Assembly (NCBI GenBank): GCA_050943615.1
Contig: JBMNPN010000003.1
Coordinates: 1,058 to 65,057 of the forward strand
DNA length: 64,000 nucleotides
Source: Coriobacteriales bacterium
Lineage (GTDB): Bacteria; Actinomycetota; Coriobacteriia; Coriobacteriales; QAMH01
Direction of reading: 5' to 3'
Part shown: piece after piece, positions 40,303-48,649 of the stretch
Numbering within the stretch: position 1 is the stretch's first letter
How the letters are laid out: each line of letters begins with the position of its first letter
Translations under genes and position numbers: made by a program
Notes under the pieces: generated by a model
The model's input: only the letters and a program-made list of their open reading frames with translations
What the model was told of the DNA's origin: nothing
Database searches by the model: none

Positions 40303-41040
40303 TCAGCGCAGCATGTCGATTGCCTGCACCGCAAGCTGGGCAATTTCTTCGTTTTCGCTATCCGCGAGCTCTTCGAGTGGTTCAAGCGCAGAGAGGTCGC
40401 CAAAGTGCGCAAGCGCCTCGATGGCGTAACGGACGACCCATTCCGCATCGTCTTCCAGAAGCTCGATGCACACGCCGGTTGTCTGCTTGTCGGCCGGGAA
40501 GTGCCCGAGCGTCCACACGCAAGATGCCCTGAGCTCGTCGTTTTCATCCTCAAGCGCATTGAGGAGGACGATGCGCGAGCGCTCGATGAGCTCGTCGCTC
40601 GTAGCAAGGTCCGAGCCGGCCAGCGCCGCACGCTCCCCCACCGCGGTGGCAGCAGTGGCACGCACGGTTCCCGACCTGCTCTCGTCCGCAATGAGCTCGA
40701 GGAGCTTGTCCAGACACCGCGTCGCGCGAATCTGGCCGAATGCCCAGGCACAGTTGGCGGCAACGACCTCGCTCGGGTCGTCGAGGCACTGCTCGAGGGC
40801 CTCTATGGCACGCTCGTCACCATAGATACCCAGCGCGGTAGCGGCGGCGGCACGCACCTCGTCGACCGGATCGAAGAGCGCCACGAGCACGGGGGCAAAG
40901 CCGCGCGGCTCGGCCGTGCGGGCCAGCCCCGCAATCGCATACGCCCGCGTGCGCGGGTCGTCGTCCTTGGAAAGCTCGATGAGCATCTCGAGGCTCTTCT
41001 CGCGTTCGGCCTGCACGTCGCTATTCGCTTCATCGGACAT
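40303..41040 (-). CDS. HEAT-repeat (PBS-lyase type) protein, unknown function
   Basis: Start ATG 41040 (MSDEANSDVQ). Repeated D-x-x-x-x-VR-x-x-A-x-x-AL-G units, for example DDDPRTRAYAIAGLA, DPVDEVRAAAATALG, DPSEVVAANCAWAFG, DENDELRASCVWTLG. Confidence 0.7.
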   Translation of the reverse strand: MSDEANSDVQAEREKSLEMLIELSKDDDPRTRAYAIAGLARTAEPRGFAPVLVALFDPVDEVRAAAATALGIYGDERAIEALEQCLDDPSEVVAANCAWAFGQIRATRCLDKLLELIADESRSGTVRATAATAVGERAALAGSDLATSDELIERSRIVLLNALEDENDELRASCVWTLGHFPADKQTTGVCIELLEDDAEWVVRYAIEALAHFGDLSALEPLEELADSENEEIAQLAVQAIDMLR

Positions 41041-41239
41041 GATAAATGCCCCTTTCCGAATGCCTGGACACGCGTATATCGTAACCACGGAATATAGGAC
41101 ATCGGGGCTTTCATTTCCACCTGGACCCGCATCTCGCGATGTCAACGGCAGGCATTGGGCATCTCTCGTATCTGTGCGTACCAGAGTCAAAAGCGACCTC
41201 GCGAAAGGCGGGCACTTACGATAGAATCACAAGCCGTGT

Positions 41240-41314
41240 GGGCGATTGGCGCAGTGGGAGCGCAGCTGCCTTACAAGCAGAAGGCCACTGGTTCGAACCC
41301 AGTATCGCCCACCA
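41240..41314 (+). tRNA. tRNA-Val (anticodon TAC)
   Basis: 75 nt, hand-folded: GGGCGATTGGCGCAGTGGGAGCGC..., anticodon loop CTTACAA, GGTTCGAACCC, ATCGCCCACCA. Confidence 0.9.
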
Positions 41315-41472
41315 TTTCTCTCGAATCGATTCCCAAGTGCACATCACGAGACCGCCCCGGGCCCCAAGTCTTGCCCGGATTGAGACAAAGCGCGGGCGGC
41401 TCGGAGCTTTCGGCGTTACCGTCTGCCCTGAGCCTGCCCGCGTCAACAGACAATGTGTACGAGATGCAGCTG

Positions 41473-42717
41473 TTACAGGCGCATTAACGGAAGCGTGGAC
41501 CCACCATGGGGCATCACCAGAACGCGAGCGTCAGGCCCCTTTGCCTCGAGCGCTGCATCGTATGCCTGCTGCACCGTCTCGAAGGGCGTCATGAAGATCG
41601 AGCGCACAAAATCCGGCTCCATGTCGGACACGAGATACACGTCTGCCTTGAGCAGGATCTGTGCGACGGCAGCGGCCTTGTGGCCGCCGAGCTTGAACTC
41701 GCGCTTGAGGTGCTCGACCACGTCGGCGGGACTATCCGCCTCGAGCATCCACTGCTCGAAGGTCGGTTGTCCGAGCCCTTCGCGACATGAGCCGACGAGA
41801 ATGATGATGCCGCCTTCCTTGACGGGATGTTTGGCATTGTCGAGCGCCTTCTGTAGCTGGTAGAGGTTGAGGTCCTTGGGGGCACCGCCCTGGCTGACGA
41901 TGACGATGTCTGCTTCCTCGTTCAGCTCGCAGCCGTAGAGCCTGTCGAGCTGCTTGCAGGCGTCGCGCTGCGCCTTGATGAAGTCGCCGCAGGCACAGTA
42001 GACGACGCGCTTTTCCTCATCGAGAACGACATTGACAATGAAGTGCAGGCCGACCTTTGCGCACGCCTCCTCCAAATCGAGGCGCACCGGGCTTTCCATG
42101 TTGCCCGAATGCGCCGCGGGATCGACCATGATCGAATGGTTGGCCTGGATGGCCTCGAACGTAGAGACGCCCGGCATGATGGCCTTGGCACCGCCAGAAT
42201 ATCCTGCGAAATAGTGGTACTCGACGTTGCCGAGCGAGATGCGGACGTTGCAATCCATGACTTCCTCGAGGATGTCGATGGGGGTTCCGTGAGCGGTCTC
42301 GCCCACGTGCACGAGCCCCTTGGAGTCACCGTTCAGCACCTTGAGCTTGCCGTAGTAGCTACCCATGATGTGCTGCAGTTCCTCTTCTGTCTGGGGTCGG
42401 TGGCTTCCCAGCGCGATTGCGAGCAGCACGTCTTCGTCGGCAATCCCGGCAGCGTGCAGCCGGTCCATCACTGGCGGCAGCACCACCGCGGTCGGGAGCG
42501 GGCGGGTCACGTCGCTCGTGATGATGCAGACCTTGTCGCCCGGTTTGACGATTTGCTCGAGCTTGTCGGTTCCGATGGGGTGGTCGAGAGCCTCTTCGAC
42601 GACTTCGGCGCCGTACCTGTCAAAGCTCACATCGTTTGCGTGCATGACCTCGATGAGGTTCTCGTCGGCAACCTCGACGCTCTGCGTGGTCTCGCCTATT
42701 CCAAGTTCACACTTCAT
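41473..42717 (-). CDS. LarA-family nickel-pincer (NPN) dependent 2-hydroxyacid racemase/epimerase homolog
   Basis: Start at ATG 42717 (MKCELGIG), with GAAAGG upstream. HYFAGYSGGAKAIMPG contains the Lys that tethers NPN in lactate racemase. Overall length fits. Confidence 0.8.
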   Translation of the reverse strand: MKCELGIGETTQSVEVADENLIEVMHANDVSFDRYGAEVVEEALDHPIGTDKLEQIVKPGDKVCIITSDVTRPLPTAVVLPPVMDRLHAAGIADEDVLLAIALGSHRPQTEEELQHIMGSYYGKLKVLNGDSKGLVHVGETAHGTPIDILEEVMDCNVRISLGNVEYHYFAGYSGGAKAIMPGVSTFEAIQANHSIMVDPAAHSGNMESPVRLDLEEACAKVGLHFIVNVVLDEEKRVVYCACGDFIKAQRDACKQLDRLYGCELNEEADIVIVSQGGAPKDLNLYQLQKALDNAKHPVKEGGIIILVGSCREGLGQPTFEQWMLEADSPADVVEHLKREFKLGGHKAAAVAQILLKADVYLVSDMEPDFVRSIFMTPFETVQQAYDAALEAKGPDARVLVMPHGGSTLPLMRL

Positions 42718-42764
42718 GTACACGCCTTTCTCGGCGGGGAAACGGAGAGCTTCCCTTGATTTGA

Positions 42765-43295
42765 TTATTCGTCGTAGTCTTTGCCGCGCGCCATGTTGAT
42801 CATGGTCGCCTTCTCAACGAGGTGCTGGTATTCGGGAATCTGCATGCAGCGGTCGAGCTGCTCGACCACCTCGGGAAAGTCCTCGAGGCTGTCTTTCCAG
42901 GCGTCCCCATCGTCGATGGCGTTTCCGGCGCTCAGGTGGATCCAGCGCCCGCTTTCCTCGTCTTGGAAATAGCCGTCAATCGAGGTCGTGTCTGCAGCGA
43001 ACGGCTCGTCTTCGGCATAGACCGTCCCGTAGAAGATGCGCATGTCATCGAGGGCGTCGTGAATCCAATCTTCCTCGTTGGTGACGAGGACGAGCGTATC
43101 CGACCCCGCCTTCTGGATGAGCTTGGCGCTCTTCTCGAACATCATGCCCGCCATCGAGTCCTCGACCTTGTAGAGGCTTTCGCCCTCGGCCTGCATGTGC
43201 TCCACGATTTCTGTGACGGCCTCGTCGATGTGCTTGTCGAGCGCGGCGCGCTCCTTGTCATCGAGCTCGTCGATGCTCTTGTGGCGTTCTTCCAT
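42765..43295 (-). CDS. Acidic cytoplasmic protein, unknown function
   Basis: Start set at ATG 43295 (MEERHKSIDEL), with GAGGGGGA 8 nt upstream; the track start is TTG 43349. Strongly acidic. I recognise no motif. Confidence 0.5.
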   Translation of the reverse strand: MEERHKSIDELDDKERAALDKHIDEAVTEIVEHMQAEGESLYKVEDSMAGMMFEKSAKLIQKAGSDTLVLVTNEEDWIHDALDDMRIFYGTVYAEDEPFAADTTSIDGYFQDEESGRWIHLSAGNAIDDGDAWKDSLEDFPEVVEQLDRCMQIPEYQHLVEKATMINMARGKDYDE

Positions 43296-43407
43296 TGCCG
43301 TATCCCCCTCGATGTTTCGGGTATTGGCGTTGACGAAGCTATGCAGCAAAGCTGCATGCCCGTGAAATCCGAGAAACTGCGGACCCCACGGGCACTTTGA
43401 GAAAACG

Positions 43408-44298
43408 CTAGCCGAGTACGCGGTTCAACATGGAGGTCGCGTTGACGGCGTGATGGTCGATCTCGAGCTCGGAGGGGCTGAAGCCCAAGGCGAGCCCGAC
43501 GAGCTGCGGGAGGTGCAGGATCGGCATGCGGATGTCCTCGTCGAAGCACTTCTGCGCGTCGGCCTGGTACAGGTCGAGCGAGAAATGGCACAGGGGACAG
43601 GGGGTCACGATGCAGTCGGCACCGGCCTTGCGCGCGGTGATGCAGCTCACGCCATCGGAGGTGAGCGCTTCGCGCTCGGCAGGGTAGATCGAATGGAAGC
43701 CGCAGCAGGCAAGACGCTGCTCGTAATCGACGTTCTGCGCGCCGAGCGCCTCTGCGAGGTCCTCCATCGAGTGGGGGTTGCGGTCATCCTCAAAGCCCAT
43801 GACATCGGGCGGCATGAGGATGTGGCAGCCGTAGAAATTGGCGACGTGCAGGTCCGTAAGCGGGCGCTTAACGTGCTTTTTCAGCTCGTCGAGCCCGTAG
43901 TCGCGCACGAGCACCCACAGGTAGTGCGTGATGTCGCAGGTACCCTTGTATTCCAGGCCGATCTCGGCGAGGTCCTCGTTGACCTTCTTCTTGAGCTCGG
44001 GGTTCTCGTCGAGCGCCTTCTTCGTCTTGCGCAGCACGAGCGTGCAGGTGTTGCACACCGTCAGAATGCTCGTGTATCCGGCCTTTTCGGCAAGCGCGAT
44101 GTTGCGCGCGTTGACGAGGTAGCCGAAGTACTCGTCGATGTCCTGCACCTGGGAGGCGCCGCAGCACGACCAGCCGTCTATCTCTTCGATCTCGATTCCG
44201 AGAGCAGCGCAGGTCTTGACCGTCGAAGTCTTGAGCTCGGCGGAAGCCGACTCGAGCGTACAGCCCGGAAAGAACGCGTAGCGCAGTTTTTCTGCCAT
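43408..44298 (-). CDS. HdrB-like CCG-domain subunit (SdhE-type third subunit of a non-classical succinate dehydrogenase/fumarate reductase)
   Basis: Two CCG motifs (GWSCCGAS, LACCGFH) plus PCPLCH. No TM segments. Confidence 0.8.
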   Translation of the reverse strand: MAEKLRYAFFPGCTLESASAELKTSTVKTCAALGIEIEEIDGWSCCGASQVQDIDEYFGYLVNARNIALAEKAGYTSILTVCNTCTLVLRKTKKALDENPELKKKVNEDLAEIGLEYKGTCDITHYLWVLVRDYGLDELKKHVKRPLTDLHVANFYGCHILMPPDVMGFEDDRNPHSMEDLAEALGAQNVDYEQRLACCGFHSIYPAEREALTSDGVSCITARKAGADCIVTPCPLCHFSLDLYQADAQKCFDEDIRMPILHLPQLVGLALGFSPSELEIDHHAVNATSMLNRVLG

Positions 44299-44304
44299 GC
44301 TCTT

Positions 44305-45255
44305 TTACGCCTCCTCGTTGTTGCGCTTCTTCGCGAGCTCGTGGAGCTTGCGAATGTCGTCGATGCCCTTGATGGGGCTCGGGCGGTGAAGCGGGTTCAT
44401 CTTGCCGGCGACGACCATGCGCATCGCAAACGGGATGCGGTTCTTCGCGGTCTTCATCAGACCCTCGGTCTTCACCGCGAGCTTGGCCTCGTCGAGCATG
44501 CCCTTGTCGGTGAGTGAGTCCTGGAAGACCATCGCATGACGGGCGCCCATGCTGTTGGTCTTGCCCATCTTGATGGCCTCGCGGCGCAGCCAGGCGATCT
44601 CTTCGGCGACGTCGATGTCTTTGGGGCACTTCGACGTGCACTGCTCGCAGTGGATGCACTTCCACAGCTCGTTGTCGAGCACCGCGACGATGCGCTCGTC
44701 ATGGCACTTGTCGCGGCTGTCGGCGGCAAAGCGGAAGGCCTTGTTCAGGATGAACGGCTCGAGGTAGGTGCCGTCGTCATAAGCCAGCTCGCGGCACTGC
44801 GAGGCGCAGACGCCGCACAGCACGCAGTCGGTCGCCGCCATGTACTTGTGGTAGTCGGCCTCCGACTGCTTGTGGTCGTCGCGGCCCTCCTTTTCGCACA
44901 TCCACGGCATGACGCGCTTCATCTTGTCGGCCTTCTCGTCAAAGGACACGACCAGGTCGCGCACGACCGGGAAGTTGTTGAGGGGCTCGAGGTAAAAGTA
45001 GTCGGTCTCGAAGGTCTTGATGAGGTCATCGAGCTGGGTTTCGCAGGCAAGGTAGGCCTCGCCATTGACCTGGATGGCGCACGACCCGCAGATGGAGTGG
45101 CGGCAGGCCTGTGTGAAGCACAGCGAGTCGTCCTGGTTCTCGCGGATGTCGTTCAGGCAGCCGAGGAGCGTGTTCACGCAGCGTTCGAACTGGTATTCCT
45201 GGTTCCAGGTGCGCTCGCCGTCGAAGCGCTTGATGTTGAAGGTAATCGTGGACAT
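44305..45255 (-). CDS. sdhB: Succinate dehydrogenase/fumarate reductase iron-sulfur subunit with C-terminal extension
   Basis: Start ATG 45255 (MSTITFNIKRF) shares 1 nt with the sdhA stop. Cluster motifs CRHSICGSCA, CVLCGVCASQC and CIHCEQCTSKCP. About 80 extra C-terminal residues. Confidence 0.85.
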   Translation of the reverse strand: MSTITFNIKRFDGERTWNQEYQFERCVNTLLGCLNDIRENQDDSLCFTQACRHSICGSCAIQVNGEAYLACETQLDDLIKTFETDYFYLEPLNNFPVVRDLVVSFDEKADKMKRVMPWMCEKEGRDDHKQSEADYHKYMAATDCVLCGVCASQCRELAYDDGTYLEPFILNKAFRFAADSRDKCHDERIVAVLDNELWKCIHCEQCTSKCPKDIDVAEEIAWLRREAIKMGKTNSMGARHAMVFQDSLTDKGMLDEAKLAVKTEGLMKTAKNRIPFAMRMVVAGKMNPLHRPSPIKGIDDIRKLHELAKKRNNEEA

Positions 45256-46973
45256 TAGTACTTCCTCTCCTGCGGCTGATAGCTGGTGACGGCCACATCT
45301 CGCCAGTCGATGGAGTAGTCGCCGTTGGCATCGACGGAGACGAGGGAGTGCTTCATGAAGTTCTCGTCGTCGCGCTCGGGGAAGTCGCCGCGCGAATGCG
45401 ATCCGCGGCTTTCCTTGCGCTCGAGGGCACCCATACAGACCGCGCGGGCGATGGTGAGCACGTTTCCGATCTCGACGTAGTTCATGAAGGCGTTGTTGTA
45501 GACCTTGCTCGTGTCGTCGATGTAGGCGTTCTTGTATTCCGCGATGCACTCGTCGACGGTCTTCATCGCCTGCTCGATGCCCGAGCCCTCGCGGAAGATT
45601 CCGACGCCGTTCCACATCGCCTCTGCCATTTTGTCGCGAATCTCGTAGACGTGCGTTCCCTCGTTGCGGTTGCGCATGATCTCGAAGCGGTCCTCCCAGC
45701 CCCGGCCGATGCGCTCGAGCTCGTCGGTGGCTCCGAAGGAGCGTGCAGATGCCGCCTTGGCCGCGCCGATGCCCGCCTGCTTTCCGAAGAAGCAGACCTC
45801 GGAGACGGAGTTTCCGCCCAGACGGTTGGCGCCGTGCACGGAGATGTTGGAGCACTCGCCGGCTGCGAACAGACCGGCAATCTTGGTCGCGCAGGTCTTG
45901 TAGTCGATCACGTCGATGCCGCCCATGCTGTAGTGGTTGGACGGTCGGATCGGCACCGGGTCGGTGATCATGTCGACGCCCTCGAACTTCAGGGCGAGCT
46001 CGCGCACCTGCGGCAGGCGGTCCATGATCTTCTCGGCGCCCAGGTGGCGCATGTCGAGGTAGACGTAGGACTTCATGCCCGAACCCAGGCCGCGGCCCTC
46101 TTTGATCTCGGTTTCGATCGAGCGCGCGACGAGGTCGCGGGGACCGAGCTCCATCTTGTCGGGAGCGTAGCGCTCCATGAAGCGCTCGCCGTCCTTGTTG
46201 ATGAGGTAGCCGCCTTCGCCGCGGCAGGCCTCGGAGAGCAGCGTGCCGCTGCTGGCCAACCCCGTCGGATGGAACTGGACCATCTCGGGGTCCTTGATCG
46301 GCACGCCGGCGCGCATGGCGGCGGCGACGCCGTCTCCGGTCATGTTCGTTGCGTTGGTCGTGCGCGTCCAGTAGACGCGGCCAAAGCCGCCCGTGGCGAG
46401 CACGACGACCTTTGCCTGGAAGGCGCAGATCTCACCGGCGCGCAGGTCGATCGCGATCAGACCCTGGATGCCATCGCCGTCGACTGCCAGGTCGAGTAGG
46501 TTGAACTCGTCGAGGAACTCGACGCCCTGCTTCAGGCAGTTCTCATAGAGCGCATGCAGCACGACGTGCCCGGTCTTGTCCTGCGCGTAGCAACAGCGAG
46601 GATGCGATGCACCGCCGAAGGGGCGCTGGGCGATGTGGCCGTTCTCGTCGCGGGAATAGGGAACGCCCATCGACTCGAGCTCGCGCACGAGGTCGGGCAT
46701 GCCGTTGCAGAAGAACTCGACGGCGTCCTGGTCTGCCAGGTAGTCGGAGCCCTTGATGGTGTCGAAAATGTGGCTTTCGACCGTGTCCTCGGAATCACGG
46801 TACTTCAGCACGGCGTTCATTCCGCCCTGTGCGGCGCCCGTGTGGGAGCGGGTCGGGAAAACCTTGGTGATGACGCCCACGCTCAGATCGGGGTTCTTGC
46901 TCGCGTTGAGCGCGGCTTCCATGCCGGCGCCGCCGGCGCCGACCACCACGATGTCGTATTTGTAGTTGCGCAT
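45255..46973 (-). CDS. sdhA: Succinate dehydrogenase/fumarate reductase flavoprotein subunit
   Basis: DIVVVGAGGAGMEAAL; RSHTGAAQGG (FAD-linking His context); HPTG; GGNS. Confidence 0.92.
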   Translation of the reverse strand: MRNYKYDIVVVGAGGAGMEAALNASKNPDLSVGVITKVFPTRSHTGAAQGGMNAVLKYRDSEDTVESHIFDTIKGSDYLADQDAVEFFCNGMPDLVRELESMGVPYSRDENGHIAQRPFGGASHPRCCYAQDKTGHVVLHALYENCLKQGVEFLDEFNLLDLAVDGDGIQGLIAIDLRAGEICAFQAKVVVLATGGFGRVYWTRTTNATNMTGDGVAAAMRAGVPIKDPEMVQFHPTGLASSGTLLSEACRGEGGYLINKDGERFMERYAPDKMELGPRDLVARSIETEIKEGRGLGSGMKSYVYLDMRHLGAEKIMDRLPQVRELALKFEGVDMITDPVPIRPSNHYSMGGIDVIDYKTCATKIAGLFAAGECSNISVHGANRLGGNSVSEVCFFGKQAGIGAAKAASARSFGATDELERIGRGWEDRFEIMRNRNEGTHVYEIRDKMAEAMWNGVGIFREGSGIEQAMKTVDECIAEYKNAYIDDTSKVYNNAFMNYVEIGNVLTIARAVCMGALERKESRGSHSRGDFPERDDENFMKHSLVSVDANGDYSIDWRDVAVTSYQPQERKY

Positions 46974-46985
46974 AGGGGCGTGCTC

Positions 46986-47549
46986 CTAGTCCTCGACGCG
47001 GTACTTTGCAGGTCCGATCTCGTAGATGTTGTTGCCCTTGGAATCGATCGCGACAATGCAAGGATAATCCTCGACGACGAGACGGCGCACTGCCTCGGGG
47101 CCCAGATCATCGTAGGCGACGACCTCGCACTCCTTGACGGAGGCGGCGATGACCGCAGCGGCACCGCCGATGGAGGCGAAGTACACGACGTTGTTCTTGA
47201 CCATGGAGTCGATGACTTCCTTGGAGCGCGGGCCCTTGCCGACCATGCCCTTGAGACCGGCCTGCTCGATCATCTGGGGCGTGTAGGCGTCCATGCGCCC
47301 GGAGGTGGTGGGGCCGCACGAACCGATGACATGGCCCGGCTTGGCGGGCGTGGGACCTGCGTAGTAGATGACCTGGCCATGGAAGTCGACGGGGAGCGGC
47401 TCGCCCTTGTCGAGCTTTTCGGTCATGATCTTGTGCGCGGCGTCGCGGCCGGTGTAGATGACGCCGGAGATGCTGATCATGTCGCCGCAGTGCAGGTCGT
47501 TGATGACCTCGTCGGTCAGTGGAGTGGTGATTTTCTTGACTTCAGCCAT
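46986..47549 (-). CDS. Fe-S hydro-lyase beta subunit (class I fumarate hydratase / L-tartrate dehydratase family)
   Basis: Start ATG 47549 (MAEVKKITTPL). Motifs GVIYTGRDAAHK, GPTTSGRMD, GKGPRS. Confidence 0.85.
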   Translation of the reverse strand: MAEVKKITTPLTDEVINDLHCGDMISISGVIYTGRDAAHKIMTEKLDKGEPLPVDFHGQVIYYAGPTPAKPGHVIGSCGPTTSGRMDAYTPQMIEQAGLKGMVGKGPRSKEVIDSMVKNNVVYFASIGGAAAVIAASVKECEVVAYDDLGPEAVRRLVVEDYPCIVAIDSKGNNIYEIGPAKYRVED

Positions 47550-47595
47550 GATGCTTCCTCTCGAGAATAGCTTATCTGCCGATTGACCAATTGCC

Positions 47596-48441
47596 TTAGA
47601 GAACGACCTGCTTGTGACGTGCCGCATGGCAGTTGAGGGTGACGCCGACAGGCATGGTGGCAATGTGGGTCGGATAGACCTCGATGTGAACGGCGAGCGC
47701 CGTGGTGAGGCCACCGAAGCCCTGCGGTCCGACGCCGGACTTGTTGATCGTCTCGAGAAGCTCCTGCTCGAGCTTGGCGTACTCGGGGTTCGGGTTGGGA
47801 GCGCCCGCCTCGCGGCGCAGCGCCTGCTTGGACAGCTGCATCGCCTTGTCGGCATTGCCGCCGATGCCGACGCCGACGATGGTCGGCGGGCAGGGGTTGC
47901 CGCCGGCGTTGACGACGGACTCGACGACGAACTGCTTGACGCCCTCGAGGCCCTGGGCGGGCTTGAGCATCTTGAGCTGGGACATGTTCTCGGAACCAGC
48001 GCCCTTGGGCATGACGGTCAGGGTCAGCTTGTCGCCCGGAACGAGCTTGGTGTAGATGATGCCCGGCGTGTTGTCGCCGGCGTTCTTGCGGTTCAGGACC
48101 GGGTCGATGACGGTCGACTTGCGCAGATAGCCATCGGTGTAGCCCTTGGCGATACCAGCGTTGATGGCATCTTCGAAATCGCCACCGACGATGTGAACGT
48201 CTTGGCCGAGTTCTGCAAAGACGATGACCATGCCGGTGTCCTGGCACATCGGAACGGTGGTGTCACGGGCGATCTTGATGTTCTTGCAGATCTTTTCCAT
48301 GGCGTACTTGCCGAATTCGGATTCCTCTTTCGCAGTCGCCTCCTGGATGATCTTCTCGACATCAGCGGGAAGGTCGCAGGCTGCCTCGATGCACAGACGC
48401 GAAATCTCTTCGGTGATCTTATCGACGCTGATTTCCTTCAT
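47596..48441 (-). CDS. Fe-S hydro-lyase alpha subunit (class I fumarate hydratase / L-tartrate dehydratase family)
   Basis: Start ATG 48441 (MKEISVDKI), with GAAAGGTGAG upstream. VPMCQDTGM motif. C-terminal PVGVTLNCHAARH. Confidence 0.85.
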   Translation of the reverse strand: MKEISVDKITEEISRLCIEAACDLPADVEKIIQEATAKEESEFGKYAMEKICKNIKIARDTTVPMCQDTGMVIVFAELGQDVHIVGGDFEDAINAGIAKGYTDGYLRKSTVIDPVLNRKNAGDNTPGIIYTKLVPGDKLTLTVMPKGAGSENMSQLKMLKPAQGLEGVKQFVVESVVNAGGNPCPPTIVGVGIGGNADKAMQLSKQALRREAGAPNPNPEYAKLEQELLETINKSGVGPQGFGGLTTALAVHIEVYPTHIATMPVGVTLNCHAARHKQVVL

Positions 48442-48560
48442 GACTTTTCTCACCTTTCTCTTATGAACCTCTCTGCTGCATCCGTGCAGCGGGACATGAG
48501 GTCAAACAGGTACGGGAACGGCCCTTGAAAGCCCCATGGCTCAAAGGCCGTTCCTCTTTC

Positions 48561-48596
48561 CCCGCCGCCAGAGGAGTTTTCGTCCCTGGCGGCGGG
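48561..48596 (-). other. GC-rich stem-loop between the transporter and hydro-lyase genes
   Basis: 11-bp stem CCCGCCGCCAG / CTGGCGGCGGG with no U tract. Possibly an mRNA stabiliser or processing site. Confidence 0.35.
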
Positions 48597-48649
48597 AATG
48601 CGAGTGAACGGGCGCCCCCCCTATGAACGATGCCCGTTCACGAGAGGGT

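Noticed and set aside
41315-41472. Integration scar or attachment site downstream of tRNA-Val
   Set aside because: I could find no direct repeat of the tRNA 3' end in the window and there is no integrase gene. The flanking LarA operon looks native in composition.
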